A stretch of DNA of 64,000 nt, from assembly GCF_006345805.1 (NCBI RefSeq), contig NC_043006.1:31000001-31064000 (forward strand), in the 5' to 3' direction. The position numbers were made by a program, and so were the translations under genes. This document shows, piece after piece, positions 1-12,050 of this stretch (positions are counted from its first letter, which is position 1; each line of letters begins with the position of its first letter). This DNA is from Octopus sinensis (Eukaryota). Under the pieces are notes generated by a model. The model did no database searches, was not told the origin of the DNA, and worked only from the letters and a program-made list of their open reading frames with translations.

Positions 1-2005
1 GTTTGATTTGAATGAAAAGCTTATAAGCTGGGATCACAGTTATTAGGCCATTCCATTTGTACAGCAGCTGGTAGGAATTAGCTGGAATCTTGACATATTG
101 GCGTGGAGCTGCGCTGTAATCTTCTCATTGACAACTTGTATGAGTAGAGTTGGCTTCGACAATCTAAGGAATAAGCGCTATTCTGTGATTTGGTTCCTTA
201 CAATAAAACATTGTAATTGATCTTGTTAAAGAAGTATTATCTGGTTTTGATGGAATTCAATGAGGAGGACGAGAGGAGATGGGAGGATAGAGGGAGCAAA
301 CTTTGGGAGGGGGAGGGGTGTTTGAGAGGAAATGGTTGAGAAATAGAGAAAGCTGGTTGGAGGAAAGACGAGGGGTGTGTAAAATGAAAGGAAGACAAGT
401 GGTAGAGAGAGAGAAGAGGGAGGAGGAGGAAGAATGCTGAAATAGGACAAAACAGAAGTTTGTAATTTTAGTCATTATTAGTGTTACATATTTATAGAGG
501 CCAATAACCTAACAAAAGTTGTAGAAAGAAGAGGAGGGAGAACATAGGTTCCAGCACATCACTCACTCCCCCCTTGCCCCCCACTTCCGCTTGTCCTCCT
601 TATGTTCTCTTGTTATTTCTGGTTCCAGTTATAGAGCTATTTATTCTTGGTTACTTAAATAATCTCCATTTTTTTTTTCTTTCTTGTTTCGTCTCTCCCC
701 CGCACCATTCCTCTGAGAAGTCCCCCGCTCCCAACTTTACATTCCACACAAAACATAAAACAACTGACAACACTACAATCTGAAAGGTCGTCGGCTCAAA
801 TCTGCTGTAAATACTTTAGTGTTTGTTGCCTTCAGTCTAATGATAATGGACAGCACAGCATCTCGGTTATTTCTGACTGCTGGTCATATCAGAATTGATG
901 GAACAAGTACCAGTCAAATACTGGGGTTGAGGTAATTAAAGTTGCTACTCCTGGATCAAGATCAGTAATCCTCCACCTCCTCCTCCTCCTTTCTTTCTTC
1001 TTTCTTTCTTTCCCCCCTCCTCCTCCTCCTCCTCCTTAGAAGATGGTGCAGAGGTTATGGTGTTATGTTTCCTGAAGATCACTTTGTGTTCCAGGTTCAA
1101 ATCCTGAACAACAAGTTTGCTTTTAAAGGCAGTGGGCTGGCAGAATTGTTAGCATGCCAGATGGAATGCTTAGCAGCATTTTTGTCTGTCTTTATGTTCC
1201 GAGTTCGAATTCCACTGAGGCCGATTTTGTCTTTCATCCTTTCGGGGTCGATAAATTAAGAACTGGTGTTTCATTGAGGTTGATGTAATCAACTAGTCCC
1301 CCACCCCTCAAATATCAGGCCTTGTGCCTTCAGTAGAAAGAATTATTAGTATTTAATTATTTATTGCCCACAAGGGGCTAAACATAGAGGGGACTAACAA
1401 TGACAGACAAAGGGACTAAGTCGTTTACATCGACCCCGGTGCGTAACTGATACTTAATTAATCGACCCCGAAAGAATGAAAGGCAAAGTCAACCTCAGCG
1501 GAATTTGAACTCAGAATGCAGCGGCAGATGAAATACCGCTAAACATTTCACCTGGTGTGCTAACGATTCTGCCAGCTTACCGCCTTCTATTATTATTATT
1601 ATTACTACTAAGGTGGCAAGATGGCAGAATCGTTAACATGTTGTACAAAATGTTGCAAAGCATTTCCTCTGTCTTTATGTTCTGAGTTCAAACCCTGTTG
1701 AGGTCAACTTTGCCTTTCATCCTTTGGTGGTTGATAAAATAAACACCAGCCAAGCACTGGGATCAATGTAATTGACTTCTCCCTCCCCTTAAAAGCTGCT
1801 GGCCCTGTGGCAAAATTCGAAATCATTATTATTATCATTATTATTATTATCTTCACCTTTGTGCCTTTTCTCCCTTGTTAAAAGAGTACAATTTAATTTC
1901 CATTTCACTAGAAGCGGGTGCTGAAATATTCATAGCTTACAGTAAAAGGAAACAAGAGGATCAGTTAATTATGATTTTATTCAACATATTCCCCTCATTT
2001 AACAG

Positions 2006-2142
2006 TATTTACATTTGACGGATATTTGTCCTCATCTTGTTTGTTGTTAAACACAATGCTTCGGCTGATATACCCTCCAGCCTTCATCAGGTGTCTTGGG
2101 GAAATTTCGAACCTGGGTTCTCATTCTTAAGGTATTTTTCGA

Positions 2143-2180
<38 letters not shown>

Positions 2181-2476
2181 TCACTGCCTGGAATTGAACT
2201 CAGAATCTTGGGGTTAGTAGCTCGCGCTCTTAACCCACAGGCATATGGCATAATGGTTCAGAGCACGGGCTACTAACCCCAAGATTCCAAGTTCGATTCC
2301 AGGCAGTGACCTGAATAATAATAATAATATTAATAATAATTGAAAAATACCTTAAGAATGAGAACCCAGGTTCGAAATTTTCCCAAGACACCTGATGAAA
2401 GCTGGAGAGTATATCAGCTGAAATGTTGTGTTAACAACAAACAAGATGAGGAGAAATATCTGTCAAATGTAAATAA
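2006..2476. mobile_element. Non-autonomous fold-back copy of the same PLE 3' unit (tRNA-like head, (AAT)n, hammerhead), head-to-head
   Basis: 2006-2238 is an inverted copy of 2240-2476; A-box-like tggcataatgg and B-box gttcgattcc; same sequence as the arms at 53758-54734. Confidence 0.85.
2387..2432 (+). ncRNA. Hammerhead copy with C>T decay in GAAAC
   Basis: gacac CTGATGA a agctgg agagtata tcagct GAAAT GTT gtgtt; the stem II outer pair is a-t instead of g-c. Confidence 0.6.
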
Positions 2477-4187
2477 TATAAATAAGAGGAGGAATCATCT
2501 AAAAGTCCAAGTTGTTAGGATAGATCAGTGCTTAGGAAATACCATTAAGGAAGAAACAAGAGTCTATCAGGCAGTTAGCTTCCAGCCTCAGTTAGAAATA
2601 CCAAAATTATGAACATCTGATTGACTGGTGGTAGGAGAATGGATACCAGTAAGATACTGGGGTAAAATACATCTAAATCTTATTTAGGGTACAATATAAA
2701 AGAGGAATGAAATGTGGTGTGCAGTTGTCCCCACATAAAAGTGGAGGTGAGGGTTAGAATGTAGAATATTGCATTATTTGCTCAGGCGAAATAACACAGC
2801 ATTTTGTGTTGTAAAACGACCACCACTGCTAAGTCGGAAATTAAGGATGCCTTTTGGTCTTAATATTGCTTCTGTTCTCTATTAATTATTTTTTAATAAG
2901 CTCATTGGCTTTTTGTGATACCAGTGCTTGATTAGGTGCTGAGCTTCTAAATATCGCTGACAAGCGAATCACTGTTTTCTCTAGCATCAGGCATCTGCCC
3001 TTGACAAGGCCAAGGAAGGCTAAAATCATGTGATCTGAAGTCCCGGTGGTGATGACTGAGGATTCTCTCCTGCTAGCGATATAAACATGAGTGCTTCTAT
3101 GCACCACAAGTCCACTAGAGCGGTTCTCTCTGGGCAAATAATGCAGTTTTCTACGTTCTAACAAAACATCAACTTTCACATGGAGATAAATATTACCTCT
3201 TGGTTATTAATACTCTTCTGCCACTATTATTTTTTATGGTGTGTAGTTGTTTGTGAAAGGATGGTCTCTGTCCAGCTGACATGTACTTCATAAATAACTC
3301 AAAGACCAAGTCTTCAGCTGGTGCCTCAATAACTTTTGATTACATTTACACATAATTTATTGAGTTAATTAGCTTGACACCCTGCAGTTTGTTTAGTTAG
3401 TATCATAGGGTCATTATACACATCTGCCACAGTGTTAATGAGAAAACTTCTGCATTTTCACTTGATCTGCTAGAAATAGCAGTAATATCTTCTTCGAATC
3501 ACACCATACTATCTTAATTATGGAGAAGAAATGTAGCTTTAGAAAGACAAGATAATTATAGTTGAAATATTTTTCAGCATAAAACAGCTCAAAGGGTGCT
3601 GACCTGGTGTTAAACGACAACTGTGACTATTTTTGAGATGACAAGGGAACTGCTGTATGTTAGAAATAGCAGCCAGATCTCCTTGAAAATCCTACCCTTT
3701 TGTCTTAAAAAAAGGGAGGTCACATTGGTTACCCTAGTATATATGCTGGTCAGGGCCAGAAATCCTTTGATGAGAGTTATACTCAATCAGGAATGACCTT
3801 AGGCTAAACAACCACTGTCTTTTACTACAGCTATTGTAACACCTCTTCAATTTCTGCATAGGTGGGCACACACACACACACACAAATATATACATACTGG
3901 AAATCAGCAAAACATTTGTCAAGTATATAGTGTTCCCACTACTTGCTGAGTGTAATAATGCTGCACCCCCTTGTAGAGTCTGTTTCCACCCCTCATGAAA
4001 GAAGTATGGGATGGGGTGGGAGATATTTTGAATCTGGTGCCATAGCAAGTAGTATCTGGTGTTATTTGTTGTTGTGTGGTGGTGGTAGAAATGCTTTCTA
4101 CATATAGGCACAAGGCCAGAAATTCTGGTGGGGGAGGTTTAGTTGTTTATTTCAACCCCAGTGTGCAACTGGTATTTATTTTATTGT

Positions 4188-4420
4188 GGCGGCGAGCTGG
4201 CAGAAACGTTAGCACGCCGGGTGAAATGCGTAGCCGTATTTCGTCTGCCAGTACATTCTCAGTTCAAATTCCACCGAGGTCGACTTTGCCTTTCATCCTT
4301 TCGGGGTCGATAAATTAAGTACCAGTTACGCACTAGGGTCAATGTAATCAACTTAATTCATGTGTCTGTCCTTGTTTGTCCCTCCTATGTTTAGCCTCTT
4401 GTGGGTAGTAAAGAAATAGG
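4188..4420 (+). mobile_element. tRNA-derived SINE family A (ggcggcgagctggcagaa...gttcaaattcc...tttcatcctttcggggtcgataaa)
   Basis: A/B-box head plus shared body; further copies near 1135, 1610, 22230, 48930 (+) and 1355, 4425, 7450, 24520, 32340, 34680, 45880 (-). Confidence 0.8.
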
Positions 4421-4670
4421 TATTTATTTTATTGTCCTGAAAGGATGAAAGGTAAAGTCGACTTTAGCAGAATTTGAACTCAGAACGTAAAGACTGATGA
4501 AAATGCTGCTAAACCTTTTGTCTGGTGTGGTAATGTTTCTGCCAGCTCAGCAGCAGTACCAGACAGTGGCTTTCATGGTTTCTGATCTGGGGGAGCATCA
4601 TAGTCATGATGGGTACACTGGGCTTCATATATTTTTACCCCAGTGTCACTTTGATTGCATGCACTGCTCT

Positions 4671-4719
<49 letters not shown>

Positions 4720-6408
4720 TATTATTGAATGATAACAATAATGCTGCTGCTAGGATTGGTGTGCATGATCAGTCACCTAAATTGATTCGATGACAACAGC
4801 TGTACCATCACTGCTGCCTCACCACCACCACAACAAAAATATTTCCTATAATGACAAATTCCTTTCCAATAGATTCTTTGATTCTTCATATGAAAAGAAA
4901 AAAGAAAAGAAATGAATGTGTTTGTTTGATGCCATTTGATATTGATTTAATCCTTCTGGAACATTCTGGACTTGAAGAATGAGTTGCCTCCCCACTCCAC
5001 ATCCGTATTATTACCACCACCACCACCACCACCACCACTACCTCCTTCGTCTCCACCATTTACAATATTTCTACTTTCACCACTACCACTGTTACTATCA
5101 CCAACACACTACCTCTATCTTTGCTAAGAACTGCCACTGCTGTTGCCACCACCACCTTTTTTACTACTACTACTACTACTACTATCATGAACTCTGCAAC
5201 GTCTGCCATCACCCCCACTACGTCTGCCATCACCCCCACCACAGATCAATACTTGTATTTGGTTTGAAGCTGATGTTCCAAGTATTGATTCTACTGGCTC
5301 TGACAGATGGACAGACTCCATACTGGTTGTTGTTGTTGTTGCATGGGACATGATACTACGACAAAGCCACAGCACAAAACTCTCAATTGAGGAGAATCAA
5401 CCAAGTGTTGGCATTGTCTTGAAGGATGACCATTGGTGAAAGTTTTGTTGTTTGTGGTGTTGGGGGTGGGGGTGTAATTTTTTTTTTAAGGGGGTTCATC
5501 ATGTCCTTGCTGATTCAGCTGGTGATCAAAGGCCTTTTATCCATGACCGTCCCATCTTTTTGTGTGGTACAGATGACCGCATTACTAATGTCCTGTTCTA
5601 TATAAGACAGATTTAGTTGAGATTTGGCTGTTACTTTTGTGGGTCCAATGACTATGGAGAAGTTCCTTTGATGGTGCTTCCAAAATGCTGTTGCTAGTCG
5701 TCGTTGTCATCATCACCATTCTCGTTATTACAAACCCAATTAGAATCATTAATAATATAATTTTCATTGTCCTTTGTTAAACTTCCTGGGATTTCCTTAC
5801 AATCTCCTGCATCATTTTCCATTTTAAACATTGTCCTCTACTTCACCCTTTCCCATCCCTCCTCATATCATTTACTGTGACTAGACTGGATCCCTGCTTT
5901 CATCCCTTAGCACAACACTTTCAGATATAATTCTACATAAATTGATATATCAACAAGTGTGTGTGTGTGCAGTTTAAAAATCTGTTAATGATGTATTTCT
6001 TGTTTGATGAAGCTGTTGTTGCTAATGAGTGTGTCTGTAGATTGAAACTTCAGCAATTGTCTTGACACCAACTTTGGTCAGCAGAAGACAAGAGAGAGGG
6101 AAGGAGGGAGGGAGAAGGATGGCATTAGTAAAGTAAAAGGAAGAAGGTAAGTGACACGTTAGGTTGCTCTTCGAAGAAGGAATTTCTCTACAGTTTCTTT
6201 ACGTCACTGACATTTAGTTGCAGCACTGTCATCCATCAGCAACTTAGACATATATTGATCAGAAGGAATCCAAAGCCCTTCGTGGGTTGAGGGCAGTTGA
6301 AGCATAAACCAGATCTTGTAGACCAGATTGGAACTATGATTTCTAAAAACCCTATTCATAATGTAGGCCAAGTAAATGGATGAAGGGCTCTCTGTCTCTC
6401 TCTGTCTA

Positions 6409-6461
<53 letters not shown>

Positions 6462-6903
6462 TGAACAACTTTATTAACAATAGAGAAAAAAAAGACTATG
6501 GGATGTTAGCAAAGCTTGTGTGCAGAGATGTGTGGGGAAAATCCATCCCCATGGTATGTGTGCAACTTGAGTTTGTCCAAATGAGTGCAAACAGTTCTTG
6601 AGAAGACTAATCCTCAATAGAAAGCATTCGCTTTTTCCTTTGTAAAACCTTTCAATATTTCTCATATCACTGGAGTCTATTTGGATGAACATGTGTGTAA
6701 ATTTCAAAACAGTAGAACATAAATTCCATTTCTGTTCAATCTGTATCGTTAAAGAGAAGAGAAAATAGGTCATATATTTTAATACATGGATTTATATACT
6801 ACTTTTTAATTGATTTATATAACAAAAGATTTGCTAAGAACTGGATTTGGTATCAATCATGACTTTAGCTGGGCTCCAATTCTAAAGTAATTCTCACAAT
6901 ATA

Positions 6904-6937
<34 letters not shown>

Positions 6938-6938
<1 letters not shown>

Positions 6939-7386
6939 TGGCACCTGTGTCGGTGGCACATAAAAACACCATCCGAGCGTGGCCGTCTGCCAGCCTCGTC
7001 TGGCACCTGTGTCGGTGGCACATAAAAACACCATCCGAGCGTGGCCGTCTGCCAGCCTCGTCTGGCACCTGTGTCGGTGGCACATAAAAACACCATCCGA
7101 GCGTGGCCATCTGCCAGCCTCGTCTGGCACCTGTGTTGGTGGCACATAAAAACACCATCCGAGCGTGGCCGTTCGCCAGCCTCGTCTGGCACCTGTGTCG
7201 GTGGCACATAAAATCACCCACTACACTCTCGGAGTGGTTGGCGTTAGGAAGGGCATCCAGCTGTAGAAACACTGCCAGATCTGACTGGCCTGGTGCAGCC
7301 TTCGGGCTCCCCAGACCCCAGTTGAACCGTCCAACCCATGCTAGCATGGAAAGCAGACGTTAAACGATGATGATGATGATGATGAT
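6938..7386 (+). mobile_element. RTE-tail repeat (SINE-like or 5'-truncated LINE end) with an internal 62-bp tandem array and (GAT)n tail
   Basis: 62-bp units start at 6938, 7000, 7062, 7124 and 7186 (partial), followed by the common tail ...aggaagggcatccagctgtagaaa...ccaacccatgctagcatgg...ttaaacgatgatgat. Confidence 0.85.
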
Positions 7387-8323
7387 ATATTGTAAAAAAA
7401 ATTAACATTTTTTTAATGAAATTGCGAGGGGACCTGGACCAAATATTCTTTTCTACTCTAGGCACAAGGCCCAAATTTTTTGGAGAAGGGCCCAGTCAAT
7501 TAGATTGACCCCAATATGCATCAGGTACTTAATTTATAGAACCTGAAAGGATGTAAAGTCAACCTCGATGGATTTTGAACTCAGAGTATAAAGACAGACA
7601 AGATACTGCTAAGCATTTCACCCAGCATGCAAACGTTTCTGCCAGCTTGCTGCCTTACCTGGACCAAATATTGCCATAGGCTTGATCTGGAATCCTTCAT
7701 CCTGTTTTAGTAAATCTGTGCAAACAGAATTACGTAGTTTTGCAGAAGCTTGTAAACACTTTAGATTTATTATAAACATTTTGTATATTTTTGTGTTGCA
7801 TTTGATCCTGTATTGCCTTAGTTCTACAGGCTGTTAGTAATAGATTCCAGATTATTTGGAAATGGTACCCAAGACAATCTGGCATCCTACACAGGTTAAG
7901 ATTTCTCCTGGATTCACTAAGCACAACTCCACCAACCATCACCAAAAAAAAAAACAAAGACAGGCACTGATCATTGAAAGCTCTTTGGGGATTAAGAGAC
8001 ATTCACCCTTTTTTTGTATTTATTCATTTTTTTTACACAGACTGCAAGAATACACCCTCCATAGGTCTTCCTCTTACTCCACTTACAAGCACACTATACA
8101 CTGCCCCCTCCTCCCCCTCTCTTCCTCCTCCTCCCCTCCTCCTCTATTGTATTATCAATGGCTAAGAGTATGGTGGTGCCAAACTTCTGGATCTTAGACT
8201 TTACCATTTGTGTCCTATGGGCAAGCATGACATGCTATATAAATCGTATTGTAACTCATCTGATAAAGCACAAAATATCCTGGCTTTTAGCTTCCATGTT
8301 CTTATCAAATATTTATATCATTC

Positions 8324-8364
<41 letters not shown>

Positions 8365-8497
8365 ACACACACAGAGTCACTCACAATGTAAATGAGTGCA
8401 TGTTATTCAAAATATTTTGCTAGACACAAGAACTTACATATAATGCACATACTCATACACACACACAATACCCATAAAGGCACACACACACACACAC

Positions 8498-8561
<64 letters not shown>

Positions 8562-8619
8562 GTACTGTTCCATGATGGTAAGATCAACAAAAAGGTACTT
8601 TATCAGGAGTGAGATAAAT

Positions 8620-8851
8620 ATTATTTAATAAACACAATATTTGTATTTATGTGCTAATATTAGTTTCATGTGCTGAGAGCTTGCCAGACTGCATACCAGA
8701 TAGTATGCACAATCATCAGACACTGGCATGTGGGCAATGTCTGATGATTGTGTTAGGACACCAGACATGTTCAAAAATACTGTCTGGCATGCTCTCAACA
8801 CATGAAACTAATAGTAGCACATAAAGACATATATTGTGTTTATCAAATAAT
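8620..8851. mobile_element. MITE-like palindromic element with 70-bp arms and an internal 15-bp hairpin
   Basis: 8620-8689 is the reverse complement of 8782-8851 (about 6 mismatches); 8708-8722 pairs perfectly with 8738-8752; no TSD identified. Confidence 0.7.
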
Positions 8852-9219
8852 TATATATAATTGTAATAACAGTTTGACTCAGCTCCATATGGTTTAAAGT
8901 TTTGTGGGCCCATACTTTTGAATAATATATATAACCCTGACCAGCTGTGTTGAGTGCCACATTCTTTCATTTGTCCAGTCATTTGTGTGTATGTGAGTGT
9001 GCGTATTGTATTCGAATATGCACACACACATACACACAACTGTGAGCCAGATAGATTTAAAACTTCAATAAACTCCGACCTAATATGAATGTGAAGTGTT
9101 ACAGATATTTTTCTCTAATCCTCTTTTATATAAAACAGAAAAGACCTAATCAAGCCATCTTTACTGATATCTCTATCTTGTCTTTCTCTCTTTCTTTCTT
9201 TCTCTCTTGCTTTTACCAG

Positions 9220-9225
9220 AAACAG
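9220..9225 (+). CDS. ZMYND11: Candidate 6-nt microexon (AAACAG, Lys-Gln if phase 0) in the long intron upstream of the bromodomain exons
   Basis: About 30-nt polypyrimidine tract, TGC at 9208-9210, ccag|aaacag|gtatgt; frame-preserving. Confidence 0.45.
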
Positions 9226-10579
9226 GTATGTAGTCCTCTTTGTCTACTTTCACTCTTACTCAAACTTGCACCTTTATACATTTTTTTTTTTAATATATAC
9301 TTCCTTTTTTTCCCTGGGGATTTTGGTCCTTTATATCCCAATATTTATGTACCATTCTATTCCACCCCTACCTTAATTCTGTTTTTGCTTGGTTGCTTCA
9401 TTGAAATGGTTATTAGAGTGTTCACTTAGTAACAATTTCTTCATATCATGTGGAAGAAGCCTCCATTAATTTTCAGACTTTCATTGTAACCTGGTGGAGG
9501 TGAGAAAAATAGTGAAACAAAAGGATTCACAGTGCAAAATGAGAGGTTAATAATCTTTGTCCATATTTGTTACGTATTATTATTATAAGAAGTTTGCTTC
9601 CCAACCACATGGTTCTAGGTTCACTCTCACTATGTTGCATCTTGGGCAAGTTAGCTTCTACTATAGCCTTGGACTAACCAAAGCTTTGTGGGTGGATTTG
9701 GTGGATGGAAACTGCAAGAAGCCCGTTGTATATGTATGTGTGTGTGTGTGCATCACTCACTACTGCTTGACAACTGGTATTGGTGTGTTTACATTCCAGT
9801 AACTTAGTGGTTCAACAAAAGTGACTAATAAAATAAATACCTGGTTTAAAAAAAATATTGGTGTCTATCCATTTGACTGAAATTCTTCAAGGCGGTGCCC
9901 CAGAATGGCCTCAGTCAAATGAGTGAAGCAAGTAAAAGATTGTTGTTATTGTTCTTGGCATTGATTTCGTATATAGAAAATTAAGTTCTTTCATGGCCAT
10001 GCTGGGGCACTGCCTCAAAAGGTTTCGTCAAACAAATCGGCCCCAGTAGTTACTTTCAAAGTCTGGAACTTATTCTGTTAATCTCTTTTGCTAAACTGCT
10101 AAGTTACAGGGATGTAAATGAACCATTATCTTTTGTGAAGCAGAGGGCAGTGACAAATACAGATACAAAGACACTTGCTCATCCATACATGCATATATGT
10201 ATATTTGATGGGCTTCCACACAGTTTCCGTCTCCCAACGTCACTCGCAAGTCATTGGTTGCTCCAGGGCTAGGTGGAAGCCACTCATCCAAGGTGGCCCA
10301 CAGTGGGACTGAACCTAAGACCACATGGTTGCAAAGTGAGCTCCTGATCCACACAATTCTTTAATTATGTCTGGTTGGGGTTCAGAAAAACCCCTTTATT
10401 TTCTTCCAGAGTATGAAGAAAGCATTGCAAGTCAGGGATCCAGTGTTTCATCTTTTCATGGAAAAAATTAAGCAAAATAGCCATCCCCAATATAAACTGT
10501 GCAATTGCAGACAGACAAGCAGGGAACATTAGCTTTGTATGTGTGGGAGCTGTATGTTCTATGAATACCCTGGAAATAG

Positions 10580-12050
10580 AAAAATGCCTTGATGGCTTAC
10601 TAGAAATAGCGGGGTGGTTTTGTTACCTTGGACAGATGGTATAACATTTGTGTTAGAACTGAAATTCTGCATGGTAATGAAATCTGGGTCTTGAATGCAG
10701 AGGAGTTGAAGAGAGAGAGGAAAGGAATGAAGCTAGTATGTTCCAATGTGAGTGTCAATGAACAACATGGTGTAAATGTTTTGAGAAAAAAAGCTGGACA
10801 AAAGAGCAATCAGATGTGCATGAAAGAAGACTGGGACAGATGATGATGAGGGATATGGGTGTGGACAGCTGTATAAAGAAGTGCCAGTCACTAAATGTGA
10901 TTGTAGAACAGGGAGACCCAGGAAGACAAGGGCCAAAGTAGTTAAGGCTGACCTCAGGACCCTGAGCCTCATTGAGGAGATGACAAAGGACTGAGATGCC
11001 TAATGATATGTGGTTCTTCACAAGACTTGCCCATCGCAGCAAAACTAATACACTCTATGCATGTGTGTCTGTGTGTGTGTATATTACCTGTGTTGTATGT
11101 GCATAAGTGAATATCTCTCCCAATCTCCTCCCTTATGTCGCTCTCCTTTTGCATGTCTCACCATAGCTCTCTCTCTCTCCTTCTTACAATTTCTCTCTTT
11201 GTTGCTATAGGGAACCATTTCACTTGTTAGTCTTTCTTCATCCATTGTTCACTACGCCTTACACTGGTCATATCATAACCCCCATCCCTCCCCTCTCCGG
11301 ACCATTGAATTATCTCTCCCCATGCACAATGCCTGCCTCCCTCTTTCTCTCTTTCCCTCTTCTGCAGCCTCCCTAACACACGTCATCTCTCTTGTCCTCC
11401 CTGTGACAACTATCATCATATCATCATTATCATCCTGTTACTGCTCTCTTTTTTCATCCCTCTACATTCCCCAAACTCCTGCACCATTGGCCATGCTCCA
11501 CCTCTACCCCCTGTATTCATCATTCTCCACACACCTTCAACCCTACTTCATCTTTACAGCCATTGCCTCCCTCCGCTCTCCCATTTCCCATCTCTTGTAC
11601 ACCTCCACCCACTCACACTCCTAGTTCCTCTATCTCCTCTTACTTCTACTCTCCACTTACCTTAAGGTGCCACCTGGATACCTTGTCACCATTATCTTTT
11701 CCAATTGCTACTGATTCCCTTTTCTCTCTCTGTCTCTCTCTTTGTGAGTTGCCATTTTAGCTTCTCAAGAACCTGCTTTGCCTCCCCACCTCCTCTCATA
11801 CCTTAACCCCCATTCCTTGCATCGAGCTGTCTCCCCACCCCCTCAGGTTCCGTAGCCTTGGGAGATATATGGAGGACCTCGCTAGTGCCTGTTGTATGGA
11901 AAAAAAATGCACCTAGTATATGTTATGAAGTGGTTGGTACTAAGATGGGCACCCAAACATAAAAGCTATGCCAAGGCAGACATTAGAGCACATCTTTGAA
12001 TTCATTGGATCCTATCTGTCTCATGCAATGCTGATGATGATGATGGCTGT
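10580..12050 (+). mobile_element. Decayed 3' end of an RTE-clade LINE (RT C-terminus, pyrimidine-rich 3'UTR, GAT tail)
   Basis: YNICVRTEILHGNEIWVL is an RTE ORF2 motif, followed by a KW-type C-terminal remnant; ends in the same tail as the short repeats. Confidence 0.7.

Noticed and set aside
2240-2312. tRNA gene with anticodon ACT
   Set aside because: Acceptor and T stems do not pair; it is a tRNA-derived head of a mobile element
4979-5375. His/Tyr-rich and Val/Ser-rich ORFs
   Set aside because: Products of (CAC)n, (TAC)n and (GTT)n triplet repeats
6041-6147. Candidate ZMYND11 exon bounded by AG and GTAAGT
   Set aside because: Stop codons in all three frames and no similarity to the missing PHD or N-terminal exons
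6857-7363. Long overlapping ORFs, and a CRISPR-like look of the 62-bp array
   Set aside because: Tandem units without unique spacers, inside a dispersed eukaryotic repeat; no cas genes; the ORFs arise from the repeat
7840-7904. Candidate exon ctacag|gct...cag|gttaag
   Set aside because: Weak donor; open frames show no resemblance to ZMYND11
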